Shown here: one piece after another, positions 40,581 through 55,941 of the stretch | Layout: each line of letters begins with the position of its first letter | How positions within the stretch are numbered: the stretch's first letter is position 1 | Assembly: GCA_038087875.1 (NCBI GenBank) | Contig: CM075991.1 | Coordinates: forward strand, 12,030,001 to 12,094,000 | DNA from: Malacoraja senta | Taxonomy: Eukaryota | Direction of reading: 5' to 3' | DNA length: 64,000 nt | The notes under the pieces: generated by a model | The model's database searches: none | What the model saw: the letters and a program-made list of their open reading frames with translations, nothing else | Told to the model about the DNA's origin: nothing | Made by a program: the position numbers and the translations under genes

Positions 40581-43079
40581 TGAAAATCCAGCCAGCAATT
40601 CTAAAAGGTGCTCTCCCAATTTATTTTCTCTTTTGCGCTACCTATTCTATTATTCTAGAAAGATATCTAGGTTTGTACATTAATTGGCTTCTGTAAATTG
40701 CCCCTAGTGTGTAGGATAGCATTAGTGTACGGGTAATTGCTGGTTAGCTCAGACTCGGTGGGCTGAAAGGCCTGTTCCCACACTATCTCCAAACTAAACT
40801 ATGTCTATTACCATCAAAGTTGGGCTTGCCCCTATTTAGAATTTTAACTCCTAGGCCTGCCCAGCCTTTATCCGTAACTATCTTAAAACTTATAGAATAG
40901 TGATCACTGGTCCATAAGGTTCACCCACCAACACTTCCCAATTTTCTAAGAGTAGATCCAGCTTTGCCCCCTCCTGTGTTGGGCCCTCTACAAATTATCT
41001 TCAAGATTCAAAGTTCTTAAAAATATAGAGTCTTAACCTGGCCTTAATGGCCCATTGTTCTCCATTCAATCCCAAAGCTCATTCTCTGTTGTGAATGGTA
41101 CTGGGCCAGATTCCCAGAGTGGGGAGAGAGTCACAAGGGACAGAAGATGCTATCTCCAACTAGAGAACACAAGACAGTTTCCTTGCTTTGTAGTCCAGCG
41201 TTCCTTTGCTTCTGGTTGCACAGCCAACACAGTGGAGTTTCGCAATCTAACGCTATCAGATTTGTAATTGGAGAGGAACGGAATGACAGATGGTACCACA
41301 TATAAACAAACCAAGGGCACTGTGAGATACATTCTTCCCCCCCCCCCCCCCCCAAAAAAACCTGAAAATGTAATGGAGAGGAAGTATTCAGCAAGCATAA
41401 GTATTTGGTTTGTTAATGATGTGCCCTGCATCAGAGAAATATAAATAAATGCCCTTAGACATTCAAAAGGGCAACTGAATCAGAGCACATGCAAAGGAAT
41501 AATTTATAGTGCTTCAGGGAAGGAGAAGAATGGGATTAATTGTTGTCTTTTTCAAGGAATGTTCAGGGATGATGGGTGAAATAGCATATTTCCATGACTT
41601 GATATTAAGCATTTAGCCAGACAGTCTAAGTGACCAGCATTGACTTCTGTGTATACTTTTCCAGTCAAAAATCAGCAGTGAAATCTAGTCCAACAGCTTA
41701 AAGTATTATAGATAAATGACTTAACCTGCAAATCCAATTTTAAGTATACATTTTTAATGTTACCATACAAGGAGAAATTCCGTTTTCATTAATATAGAGG
41801 GACCACATTCAAAGCATTTAAAAAAATGTATTTCATGTAACTTTCCGTCGCATGTAACACAGGTATGACATATTGATGGCACGTTGATCTCTCAGTAACA
41901 GAGACATCCTCTGTTTCCTTTGACACGGAGGTAGTCAGGAGCACATGCAGCAGTCTGAACAACAAGCGCCACTTTGTACAGGGGGTCTATTCCAGTGCTA
42001 ATTACCACTGACGTGGCTAGTGTCTCAGTACTGTCTAAAAATCTGTGTCGTGATTAAAGATGGTTAGATTCCTTCGAAATGAACTGTGGTTCTTTTCTCA
42101 CAGGAAGGAAATCCGAGAGGGAGGATACTCCTCCCCATGCAAGGTCACAAGGCACTTACTTATAAATGTTGGGGCTATTACAGAAGTGCTCTTGTCGAAG
42201 GTAGACACAAAATGCTGGAGTAACTCAGCGGGTCAGGCAGCATCTCTGGAGAGATGCTTCTCCCCTTCTCTCCAGTAATGCTGCCTGACCCTGAGTTACT
42301 CCAGCATTTTGTGTCTACCTTCAATTTAAACCAGCATCTGCACTTCTTTCTTGAACACAGTGCTCCTGTCTATGGGCAGGTTGACATGTATATGATTACG
42401 CACACCTATACCTGAGAGAACGTGTAGAGGGAGCTTTAGTCTGCATTCTGTTTATCCCACCCCAGCCATGGAGCAGTTGAGGGAACTCTAATGTGTACTT
42501 AACCAAACTGTCTGAACCAGGAATGTTTGATGTTCAGCATAAAGAGAGATTTATGGGCAGAGTGGGGGAGCTGTGCAGTTGCTGCTTTACAGCGCCAGAG
42601 ACCTGGGTTCGATTCTGACCTCGGGTGCTGGCCGCAAGGAGTTTGTACGTTCTCCCCGTGACTGCATGGATTTTCTCCAGTTGCTCCGGTTTCCTCCGAC
42701 ATCAAAGACGTTCAGATTTATAGATCAATTGGCTTCTATAAATTGAAGCTAGTGTGTAGGATAGAACTAGGATATGGGTGATCATTAGTCGGCATGGATT
42801 CGGAAGGCCAAAGGGCCTAATACCATGTCGCATCTCTAATCTAAAAAAACGATGTTATTGATTATTGTATATTTATTGTACATTATTGCATTAATGGGCC
42901 TGTAAAGCTGCAGCAAGCAAGAATGTAATTGTGGACACACAAGGAACTGCAGCTGTTAGAACTCAGCAGGTCAGGTCATCTAAATTGTGACCCCAAATCA
43001 TCACATAGAACATATTACCACTTGCAGCAGACTTCCAGGATAGAGGACAACTTGCTTTCATTATTCGGTAGCTTCCGAG

Positions 43080-43392
43080 GTTTAGTTTAATTTAGTTAAG
43101 GGATACAGCCTGGTCACTGGCCCTTCAGCCCACACCAGCCATCGATCACCTGTACACTAGTTCCATGTTACCTCACTTTTGCATCCTACACACTTGGGGC
43201 AATGCACAAACACCAATTACCCCGCAAACCTGCACATCCGTAGAATATTGTAGGAAATCGGAGCACCCGGAGGAAACCACGCAGTCACAGGGAGAACGTA
43301 CAAACTCCGTACAGACAGCACCTGTAGTCAGGATTGAACCTGGATCTCTGGCGCTGTGAGGCGGCAGCTCTACCAGATGCGTCACTGTGCCG
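43080..43392 (-). mobile_element. HE1/V-SINE-like SINE
   Basis: Same head, core and tail as the other copies. Confidence 0.8.
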
Positions 43393-44570
43393 CTAAAGAA
43401 AGAACCATCAGGGAGGGAGGGAGTTGAGTGAAGAGACCAAGTTTGCAGCTGTTGGTTCTGCCTCACATGGGGGCAAGAGATGTTTGGTGAGACAGGACTG
43501 GGTAGTTTCCTACATTGCAATACTTCATTGGCTCAGGGATATCCTGAAACTCATGAGAAACACTGCACAAAGCCTTTTGTTTTCTTAATTACCTTATGAG
43601 CATTCATGTCCACAGCCCAGGTAGCAGCTAGTGGTCACAGCTCATTGCTCACGAGGTATTGATATTGTGGATAATTACACTTGTTTATCCACAGGGTACA
43701 AATGCATGTGGGAGGGGAAAATATAAATACCTACTTAACTCAATAACCTTTCAAAGGTCGTCTAACAGGCTTGTTACTGTCCTCCAACAGCAGCTGTCGA
43801 GAAGCAACCACTTCACTGTAGTTCAGAACCATAGACGGACACATTTCCACTCTTCATATTCAGAACAAATTGCTTCCACTCCTGTTTTGTGGTTGTGAGC
43901 TGGCCAGGGTAGCTGTGCGAACTACAGTCAGGGTAGGTGTTGGTAAGCAGGGTGAGTGGATGGTTATTGACGAGGTGACTTGTACCTTCTACCACTCACT
44001 GTATGATCCCAAAGTACGGTCTCTAGCTCCTCAACACCATCCCAAGTGTTCCTTCTCAACTTCTCCCAAATTGCATCACAGTAGACACGATGGTCCATAA
44101 AACATTTTGTACATTGGCCTCCATCAGTCAGGGTATGGAGTATAGCAGTTGTAATGTTACAGTACAAGACATACGGAATGTTGGTGAGACCACACTCGGA
44201 GAACTGTGCTCAGTTTTGGTCACTCTGCTAAACGAGTGGTGTCATTAAGCTGAAATGAGTGGAGACAAGATTTATGAGGATGTTACCAGGACTCGAAAGG
44301 CTGAGCTATAGGGAGAGGTTCAGCAGGCTAGGACTTTAATCCTTGGGAATGCATGAGACCGAGGGTCGATCTTAACATCACCCTTCACCCTCCTGCGCTC
44401 CAATGAATAAACCCCTTGAATCCTTTCCTCTTCTTGCCTGGCAATCTCTTCTATACATGCTGATAATAAACTTAAACTGTGACAGAGCAGGAACATTAAG
44501 TGTCTGGGCTATTATAGATGGTGGAGAAACTCGGCGGGTGAGGCAGCATCTATGGAGAGAAGGAATAGGC

Positions 44571-44598
44571 GACGTTTCGGGTCGAGACCCTTCTTCAG
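44571..44598 (-). ncRNA. Minimal hammerhead ribozyme core in a Penelope-like repeat
   Basis: Minus strand CTGAAGA-A-GGGTC-TC-GACCC-GAAAC-GTC: CUGANGA, hairpin stem II, GAAA, palindromic ACGU stem III and GUC cleavage triplet. Confidence 0.65.
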
Positions 44599-45485
44599 AC
44601 TGATGTCGGGGGATGGAGTATATTATAGATCATCGTTCCTTTCCACTGCACCCGAGGCTAATACAGAGAATATTAGTATTCACTCCTATACCCAGCCTGG
44701 AGTGACAAGGATCCAATGCAGCCACAATTTCCCTGGAGCCGGATAGCCTGTCAAGACGTGTCCCAAATTGATACTCCCATTATACTGCCACCATTGTTTC
44801 CAACGGGTGGGAATGGCTGTCATCAGCAAACCTGGCCCTGGTGGAAAATTCAGGTTTTACCTGATTCACAAACATTGTTCAGATGCGTGATTTGCACAGT
44901 TCCCGACCTCCCAAAATGAATAATAATAAACCTAACCGACACTTGTATGGGATACTAGATATTTCCACCAACTGCTCAAGCATTGGAAATTATCTCGGTC
45001 TATGTTAACAGAGCACTCCACCTCCCCCCCCCCACTTTCACCTGGAGAGAAAGCTCGAAAAGACGGTGGGGGGGGGGGGGGGGGGGGGGGGTGGAACAAA
45101 GCTGGGCAAGTGGTAGGTGGATACAGGTGAGGGTGGTGGGGTGATTGGCAGATGAGCGGAGTAAATGACAAAGGCTAAAGGTGAAAAGGAAACCAAAAGA
45201 TGTCAGGCCGAAGGGAGAGATGTAGGAGAAAGGGGACAGGAGGAAGGGGGACTAAAGGGAAATTGTGGAGATGACCATATAAAAGAGGACCAGGGTAACT
45301 AAGGTGGGGGATGTGGGAGTTGGTGGGAGAAGTGGGTGTGCACCAGGGTAGATGGAGGGGGAGGATGGGAAAGTGAGGGGGTGGGTTAGGGAGCATATTA
45401 CTTGAAATTGGGTTCAATTATCAAATTGTACCTCCTCAACCACGGCTTGGTTCACTCCTGTTTTTGGTGGCATTCACAGCCAAGT

Positions 45486-45513
45486 CTGAAGAAGGGTTTC
45501 AGCCCGAAACGTT
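45486..45513 (+). ncRNA. Minimal hammerhead ribozyme core (variant)
   Basis: CTGAAGA-A-GGGTT-TC-AGCCC-GAAAC-GTT. Stem II is retained through substituted pairs; GUU triplet. Confidence 0.6.
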
Positions 45514-48500
45514 GCCTATTACCTTCGCTCCATAGATGCTGCTGCACCCGCTGAGTTTCTCCAGCACTTTTGTCTACCTTCAAGTCAAACACTGTTCTGC
45601 TCCAGTAACTTAAGCAGACAATTTTGATAGACAGTGCGACGCAATACTAAGGGTACGTTCATCCTTGAGTCCCCATCCCCTGCTGTTGCCTCCCTATCTG
45701 GGATTCTTGCTCTACTTCATGCTACCTTCTCTGCTGCCCAGTTGTGCAGCCATTCTCCCATCTGTCAGGAACACTTCCTCTCCCTGTTCCACTACCCTTA
45801 CCACCGTCTTTGATTCCCTGTTCTCTGCTCCAGCCCCAAGGGCCCCAGCTTCCTTTATCCTCCAAATCCTTTATCCTGCTGTCATCTGTTACACTCTCCT
45901 CTGGAACCCTTGATTGATTGAGGGATACAGGCCATTCGACCCACCGAGTCCTTGCCGACCATCGATCACCCACTTGCTCTAGTTCTCTGTTATCCCACTT
46001 TTGCTTCCACTCCCAACACACTCGGGGGAATTTACAGAGGGCCAATCAACCTACAAACTTGCACGTGTTTGGAATGCGAGAGGAAACTGGAGCACCAGTA
46101 GGAACCACGGTAGAACTTGCAAACTCCACACAGACAGCACCAGAGGTCAGGATCGAAGCCAGGATCTCTGGCACTGTGGGGCAGCAGCTCTAGCACTGTG
46201 CTATTTTGTTGCCCCCTCAGGGATTTAGGAGTCTGCTGCCCAACACTGCCTTTTACAAATGCACATTTTAATCTTTTGTATTGTCTTTGCACATCTAATG
46301 CACACTTCCATCAAAACATACTCTGATAATTTCCCATCGCTATTTTTAAGTGCGGTGAAGATCACCCTACTACTTTGGAAAACCATTACACGTAGGGCAG
46401 GTTTGCCGATTATTAAATTTCTGACGTGAAAGCATGCTTTGTTGTGTATTTTACACAGTGTCCATGCTTTAACTGTACTCAACTGGCTGTACACTAGCTG
46501 CCATTAACTTGAGATGAAGAAAAGTCCTACGGAATGCAATCCAGGAATATTCCATTCACCCAGTTTTTGACAAACTCCCAACAAAGATCACTGCTCACTT
46601 AAGAATAAAAAAAGACTTTGTTTATTATTGTCAGGTGTACCGAGGTACTGTGAAAAGCTTTTTGTTGCATGCTATCCAGTCAGTGGAAAGACAATACATG
46701 TAATGATACATGAATCCTGTACAGATACAGGATAAAGGGTATAACGTTTAGTGCAAGATAAAGTGCAAGACTTGTTGCAAGACCCACTGAGCGTGTAAAA
46801 TGGAGCTCACTTGTTCTAGATGCTGTTGGCTAACCAAGGAAAGCAGGCCAAATAGATGGGATATGTACTCTGGGCAATTCAAGTACAGCATGTTGTGTGA
46901 TTTACAGAGTTTTCCCATTGGAAGGAGAGACGGGGTCAGAAGGTTTGATACATTTAGCACATCTACCATTAGACTTAGCCTTTTCCCCAGGTAATACACA
47001 GCAACAAGCAGAAATCTGAGACAATTAAAAATAAAGAAAACTGCACATGCTATAAATAAAAGTGCTTGAAACTCTCAGCATCTGTGGCGAGATAAGCGGA
47101 ATCGACAATTCAGGTCAATGCAACTACCTCAACTCTATTGCAACATCTCAAATCCTTCGTCCATTCACAGCAGAGGTTGGAGGACAACATTTGTTCTTTC
47201 ACTTTCCTGGATGTGAGGATCTGAACAGCAAATGGACAACTACACATATAACCCAGTGGCTGCAAACATTCAAGGTGCATCAAAGACTCTGGGAAGATTT
47301 GAAATCACAGACGTGATCATTCATAGAGGTGTACATAGTATGATACAGCATGGAAACAGGCTCTTCGCCCCAACCGTCCATGATGCCCCATCTACGCTGG
47401 TCCCACCTGCCTGCTTTTGGCCCATATCCCTCAAAATCGTTCTTATCCATGTACATGTCCAAATATCTTTTAAATGTTGTTATAGTAACTGCCTCAATTA
47501 CTTTCTTTAGCAGCTCGTTCCATATACCCACCACTCTGTGTGAAAATGGTGCCCCTTGAGTTTCTATTAAATTCTTTCCCCCTCTCAGCTTAAGCCTGTG
47601 TCCTCGATGTCATTCCTTATCTTCAGGAAGACACTGGGAGCCCAGTGGATGGTACGGGTAAAATAACAAGAGACTTAATGAGCCAATCACATACGGAAGA
47701 AATGAGTGCAAGAAAGCCTGTCTACATCATCCTTGCTGGCGTCTCAGTCGCTGGAAAAGACTGGGGGGAAATTCGAGAATGGTTACAGCACGCGGTCTCA
47801 CACCAACCGCTGCATGAATTATGCAGCTTACTGGCAGAGGCACCACTTTTCACCGGCTTATTCTGCTCAGTGAGCAGTGGAGCCGCACGTCTCCATTACT
47901 TCGATAACTAGATGAAGTAAGTCGCGATGTGAACGAGGGTGAGCGCTGGTGTTTAAATCAGAAATACACCAAAATGCTGTGCTGAGCTGCAATCAAAGAA
48001 ACGGGCCCCACACCAAAGTTGAAAGAACTACAGGCGACATTGCATTACGGAAATTTGCCCTTACAGATTTCACAAATTGCTACTCAAAAATGGTTGACTC
48101 TTTTGGGGTGCATCTGCACTTTACAAATCTATTTTCCACCACAATGAATAGCACATCAGTCTGCCTACTGAAACACTGCACAGGACACCCTTATATACCA
48201 TGCTCAGTCATTTTCACTTGCTAAAAGAAATAACACCCAATACTTCAGCATCATCAATGTCCCGAGCATGCGGGATTATCAGAACTTTATTGCCCTCCCC
48301 AAGGACAACAAATAATCAAATGCCTCACCTTACCCGTTTCACCAATCACTCTCCAGGCTGTGTCCTGCCCCTCCTCTCTCCCAGCTTTCTCCTCCCTCTC
48401 CCCCCCCCCCCCACCCCCCAGAATCAGTCTGAAGAAGTGTCTCAACCCAAAACATCACAAATCCATGTTCTCCAGAGATGCTGTCCGACATGCTGAAGCA

Positions 48501-49772
48501 CTCCAGCACCTTGTATTTTTTTCCATGTCAGCATCAGCAGCTCCTTGTTCCTCAACCAAATGCTTCTGCTGGGGCATCTAAATTATCAGGATGCTCGGTA
48601 TCAAACATAGCTGAGAATCAGCACGGCATCAAGTGGAGTGCCTCCACCCACAACACAAACCAGCAATTGTAGTAAAAATGAACTTTTATGGGAAAATGCA
48701 AAATAAAGGTATGGAAACAAAGCTGTGCTTACATCACATAACGTGTGTGGTTGTGACGAGCAAAGTGCATTCACCAACTACATTTAACTCAGGGATACAC
48801 CCTAAGGTGCAGCACAGGGTTGCAGGTAGCATGAAATTGGCAATGAACCAGCAGAGCAAAATCTTGGTTAAAGAAAACAGGTTTTCAAAGATAGTCTGGT
48901 TGTGGGGAGATGTGTGAAAGGAGTTCCACAGCTGACACCTCTCTTCCCACAGATCCTGGCCGACCTGCCCAGTTGGGTTTTATTGTAACTTTGAATAAAT
49001 GAATATTGATATTTTTAGTCATGAAAACAAAAATGTTAAACATATGAACAACAGCTGGTAGAGCTGCTGCCTCACAGCACTAGAGATCCAGGCTCCATCA
49101 TGACCTACAGAGCTGTCTGTGTGGAGTTTGTATGTTCTCCCGATGATTGCGTGGGTTTCCTCCCACATCCAAAGATGTGAAGGTTGCTTGGCCTCTTGTA
49201 AACTTCTCCTAGTGTATGTAGGGAGTATATGCAAAAGTGGGTAACATAAAATTAGTGTGAACGTTGGTCGGCGTGGACTTGGTGGGACGAAAGGTCTGTT
49301 TCCATGCTATATCTTTTAATTAAAAACCATATTCATTTTTTTACCAGACATTTAGTCAGTCATGTTTCTTTATAAATATACGTTCTTTGACAGTTTGACA
49401 GCACAAATTGTCTGAAATCAAATATAAAGTTCTTGCAGATTTAACGGCAGCCTGGATTTTCGATTGTATCAGCATCCCATCAAGGATTTTAATGCAGTCC
49501 ATGCTTTAAAATTAATATTCATTTGAAAAGTTTGGCTTTAATTTCATCATTTATAACTGTCAAGTTTTATCTCCTTACATCAACTCTAAATTGTAGACAC
49601 AAGCAACCACAGATGCTGGAATCTTGAGCAAAACACAAAGTGCTGGAGGAACTCAGTGGGTCGGGCAGCATCTGTGGAGGGAATGGACAGAGGACGTTTC
49701 GGGACGGAACCCTTTTATTTAGCCAGCAGTGTCCTCACTTAATAATTATCTAGCTCGTCATTTGTATTAGGA

Positions 49773-50120
49773 CGACAGATGGCGCAATGGGCTAAGTGTT
49801 CGGCTGGCAACCGGAAGGTAGCCGGTTCGAATCCCGCTTGGAGTGCATACTGTCGTTGTGTCCTTGGGCAAGACACTTCACCCACCTTTGCCTGCGTGTA
49901 CATGTGTGTGAATGTGTGTGAGTGATTGGTGGTGGTCGGAGGGGCCGTAGGCGCAGATTAGCAGCCACGCTTCCGTCAGTCTGCCCCAGGGCAGCTGTGG
50001 CTACAGAAGTAGCTCACCACCACCGAGTATGACTGAGGAGTGAATGAATAATGCAATGTAAAGCGCCTTGGGTATTAGAAAGGCGCTATATAAATCCAAT
50101 CCATTATTATTATTATTATT
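49773..50120 (+). mobile_element. Full-length tRNA-derived CORE-type SINE with L2 tail (resembles AFC-like fish SINEs)
   Basis: A box tggcgcaatgg, B box ggttcgaatccc, core gtgtccttgggcaagacactt, L2-like tail and (TTA)n. TSD tattagga at 49765-49772 and 50117-50124. Confidence 0.85.
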
Positions 50121-53100
50121 AGGAGTAACTTTATTTCAATATATTTACAATGATATACTTTTAAAAGTCTTGATGTCCTTCAGTGCCTGGGAAATTTAAA
50201 AATACTCACACTTCTTGGTTTTATTTATTTCTGTTGGAACCAGAATGGAATTTGCAAGGACTACAATCTATTTACAGGTATAATCACGGGCTATTAATTA
50301 ACTTAAAAACTTTGTTTCAATGAAAAAGATACTTCATATTTTGCAGCAAACTAAATACACATTAAAGCTCTGAAGGAAATTGATCTATGAAAGAATGCTG
50401 TAGCTGGCCAAGTCTGCTATCTGACCACACCAAACAAAAAGCCATGTTCCCAGTCTGCAAATTCAAGTTACTGGGAAAACAAAACTCATTTTACACGCAC
50501 TTCAGTCAGAAGAAGGGTCCCAACGCAAAACATTACCTATTTCCTCCATTAGATGTTGCCTGACCCATCGAGTTCCTCCGCACTTTGTGTTTTGTTCAAC
50601 ATTTCAGCATTGAACTCGATCTCAGCAAAGCCTTGGATGTGTCAGGAAGGTTTTCTAAACCGTGTACAATTTATCAAGCAGATTGTTTCAGAAGAATTAG
50701 AGGCCATGGATTTGGCCAAATCAAACCGTACAGTTGAGCAATGGTACTTCCTGCTGAGTAGACCAGAAGGACCATTTCCTTGCCTTTCTTTCTGATTCAG
50801 AGGTTTCAGGGCTTGACAACAACATAGATTCTGGTCAGCCAGATGCAGCCACAGCATCGGATCCTTGGCCAAAACCCAAGCCAGTTGACTGCACGACCGC
50901 CAATGGCGAGGTCAGAGTCATACAGCAGGGAAACAGGCACTTGGGCCCAACTTGTCCACGCTGACCAAGATGCCCCATCTTCGCTACTCCCACCTGCCCA
51001 TGCTTGGCCCATTTCCCTCCAAACCTTTCCTACTAATGTACCTGTCCAAATGCTTTTAGATGTTGTACCTGCTTCAATTACCTTCTCTGGCAGCTCGTTC
51101 TAGATACCCTCTACCCTCTGTATGAAAAATGATGGCCCCCGGGTTCCTTTTAAATCTCTCCCCCTTCACCTAAATCTATGTCCACTGTTCTTGATTCCCC
51201 TACTCTGGGTGAAATAGTGATTAAGATCAGAAAAACATTCAAGTGGCCACACAGAGGAACATAGATTTCAGGAAGTTTCCCCTCAGTTGACAGAGCAATT
51301 GCTTTGTTGCTGGCCGAGTGTAAGACAGGTCAACAAACACAGGAAACATCAGCGAATGGACGTGGAGATCTCTCGCAAGTGTGTTCGAACTCTACGCCTC
51401 TAATTCCTGAAGATGGTTAGGTACACAGATTGAAGGCGTAGCACAAAATGAACAGAGGAGGGTCATCACCGATTCACTTTAGAGTAGAAAGGCATCCAGT
51501 CTTGGTGAGGAAGCGCAAATGCTCAAATAGGAAGCTGAGGTTGCACAAGATGATAACAGGGAGGAGGGCGATGGGCTCAAGATTACAGCTTCAGTCATTA
51601 TTGTCGAAAACAGCAGCCTGACCGGGCTTGGATACGTCACAACACCAATGGGGTGGTCATAAAGATGATCAGAGATTTTGAGCATCACATTAAAAATGCC
51701 CCAGAAAGATTGTGCAGAAAACTTAAGAATTTAAGCACTCCAGTTGACCAGGGAGCCTTCAAAAGTATCTATTGGAGGTGCTGTTTTAAAAAGCCAGTCA
51801 GTACCAAAGGCACACGCCACCATGGCCATGCTCTCAATTCACTCATATCATCGGAAAGAAGGTAGCGTAGTCTGAAAACTACGATCACCCGATTCAAGAA
51901 TAGCTTCTTCCCAACCCCCACCGGGCTCTTGAACACTATAGAACAGTAACCTCAACTATGAACTATAGACTGTCCTTGGTTGCACTGGAGACTTTGGGAG
52001 GGGTTTTTGCACTAGTGTTGGCATTATTAAATTATTGAATTGTTGTTTATTATCTATTATGTTCACAGTCCTGTTATGCTACTGCAAGTAAGAATTGCAT
52101 TGTTCCATTGTCAATATTTATAACTATTAAACACACTTAACTCTCTCGAGTCCAGTTTCTGACAGCTAGGACCCAATCATCAGATATTAATTACTGACCC
52201 AATATCACTCCTGCCCTAAAGGTGTTAGTGACCTCTCCACAGCACAGTCCACCAGTACCAAGACTGTGGTAACAGAGGTAGACACAAGATGCTGCCTGTC
52301 CCGCTGAGTTACTCCAGCATTTTGTGTCTACCCTCGATTTAAACCAGCATCTGCAGTTCTTTCCTACACACCCTGGTAGCTCATGTTGGTAGATACAGCT
52401 AGCCAGTGCATGTAGTCTCTTTGCTCATATCGGTTTCTCAACTTGCAGCCAGTGATATACCGACCACCCTTTTTACACAACAGATGGTGGGTATATGAAA
52501 GGAGTTTCCGGAGGAAGTAGGTTGTGGGCAGGTATTGCCACAACATTTAAGAAACATTTGGATAGGTACATGGACAGGATAGGCTTAGGGGGATATGAGA
52601 CAAATGCAGGCAGTTGGAACTATAGTTGAGGGAACACAAAAAATGCTGGAGAAACTCAGCGGGTGCAGCAGCATCTATGGAGCGAAGGAACTAGGCAACT
52701 TTTCGGGCCGAAACCCTTCTTCAGACTCATCTTCGAAACCCTTCTTCAGACTATAGTTGAGGGATGTAGGTCTGCTAGGGAAAGTTGGGCTGAAGGGTCT
52801 GGTTCCATGCTGTACAACTCTATGCATTCTTAACCGCCTCACCCATATCCACCTATCATTGGCTTGGCCTGGTCCTACCTTTCTTCTTCCCCCCCCCCCC
52901 CCAATCGCAATCGCAATCAGTCTGGTTTTTGACCCGAAATATCACCTATATATTTTCTCCAGAGAGCTGCCTGACCCACCGTTTTTCCAACATTTTGTGT
53001 CTATCCCAACATGAAAAGTCACATATCTATGTTCTCCAGAGACTCTGCCTGATCCAGCATCGGCAGTTCCCTTGTTTGTGCCCTCATTGTTTGGTGACCA

Positions 53101-53259
53101 AGAACAACCCAAGCTAACACACTCATCAGTCACAGGATCAAAGAGTGAGGAGGAAGCTCTCCAGAACCCACAAACCATAAAGCACACGAGTAAAAAATGC
53201 AGCACAGCGTCTTAAAATAGCTATTAAACCAGTCTCAGAGCAGCATTAAAAACTCTCAC

Positions 53260-54641
<1,382 letters not shown>

Positions 54642-55070
54642 GTTGTGGTGCTGGGCAGCATCGCTCCCCCGCCCCCGCCCCGCCCCCCGCCGCCCCCTCC
54701 CCCCCAACCGCCGACGGACGGCCGCCACCCCCTGCTCCCGCCCCCCGCTAGTCCCGCCCACACCCCCCTTCCATTGGCCGCGCCCCACGTCGCTCATACC
54801 CCAAACACGCCCATTGGCCCGTTCCCAGGTCGCCCGCCCTTCCTTGGCTCATCCGTCCGCCGCTCACCTAAATCCCGCCCCCCCACAATAATCCCGCCCA
54901 CCTCTCTCCACCAATCCAAGCCGCTCTTCGCTCAACCCTTTAACCATTGGTTCAGTCCGCTGTCAATCATGACGCCGGAGGCGGGTGGTAAACAAACCAG
55001 CCACCAATCAGCGTCTGGATATACTGACGCCCGCCCCCCGACCATCATGCCCCGCCTTCCTCCTCTTGTC
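54642..55070 (-). promoter_or_regulatory. CNNM4 CpG-island promoter with clustered CCAAT and GC boxes
   Basis: ATTGG/CCAAT near 54773, 54813, 54912, 54946 and 55004, interleaved with CCGCCC boxes, directly upstream of the ATG. Confidence 0.6.
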
Positions 55071-55117
55071 ATGGCTCAATGGGTCCACAAGGGTCGTAAG
55101 TGATAGGAGTAGATTTA

Positions 55118-55941
55118 GATTCCTTTATTGTCATTCAGACCTTTCGGTCTGAACGAAATTTCGTTGCCTGCAGTCATACATATAATAATAAATAACAAAA
55201 CACACAATAAACACAAATTAACATCCACCACAGTGAGTTCACCAGGCACCTCCTCACTGTGATGGAGGCAAAAGTCTTAAAGTCTCTGTCTCTTCCCGCT
55301 TTGTTCTCCTCTGCGCTGAGGCGATCCAGGCTTCTGACGTTGTGACCCCGCCGGGTGATGGTAAGTCAGTCCCGCGGCTGAATCCGTGCTCCGTCCGCGA
55401 CCGGGCCGGTTCAAACTCCGCGGCCCGGGGTGGCCGAAACTGCCGCCCTCCAGTCCAGCGGACGCAGCTGTAGTTGCGGGAGCCCCAGAAAAACAGGTCA
55501 CCCACCTGTGACCTGCGAGCCTCCCGACAATGTCGTCCACCGGGCCCGCGGCCGAGCCTCCGGACTCAGGTCGCCACCAGCGTCCTCGGTCGCCACCGCC
55601 GAACGCCACCGCAGCCCCGAAGCCGGCCAGCCCCGCGCTGGTAAGTCCTGGCTCTGCCTCCGGAGCCTCGAAGTCGGTCGGTCGCAGTTGGAGTTGGAGG
55701 CCGGCAGCTCGCCATTTTGGCCTCAGCGCAGACGGAGGCAGTGAAGGGGGATACGACAAAGAAAAAGTTGCATTCCCCGAAGGAAAGACAAAATCATGAT
55801 TCACCCCCCCACCCCACCCCACACGTACACACCCAATAAACTAAAATTTAACTAAAACAGGACAAAAGAAAACAACAACAAAAGTAAAAACAGACGGACT
55901 GCAGGCGAGCCGCAGCTGGGCAACAGCGCCGCCACTTCCGG
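55118..55941 (-). mobile_element. GC-rich non-autonomous retroelement with a Rex1-like tail, inserted into a CR1 tail
   Basis: Starts ccggaagtggcggcgctg and ends ...aaatttcgttcagaccgaaaggtctgaatgacaataaagg. The flanks rejoin as the CR1 tail (gataggagtag...attagaccattcggcccatc). Confidence 0.55.

Noticed and set aside
49773..49850. tRNA gene
   Set aside because: The A/B boxes continue into a SINE core, L2 tail and TSD. The HE1-like heads are likewise SINEs.
55277..55822. 181-aa ORF upstream of CNNM4
   Set aside because: It lies within a GC-rich repeat insertion and has no recognisable motif.
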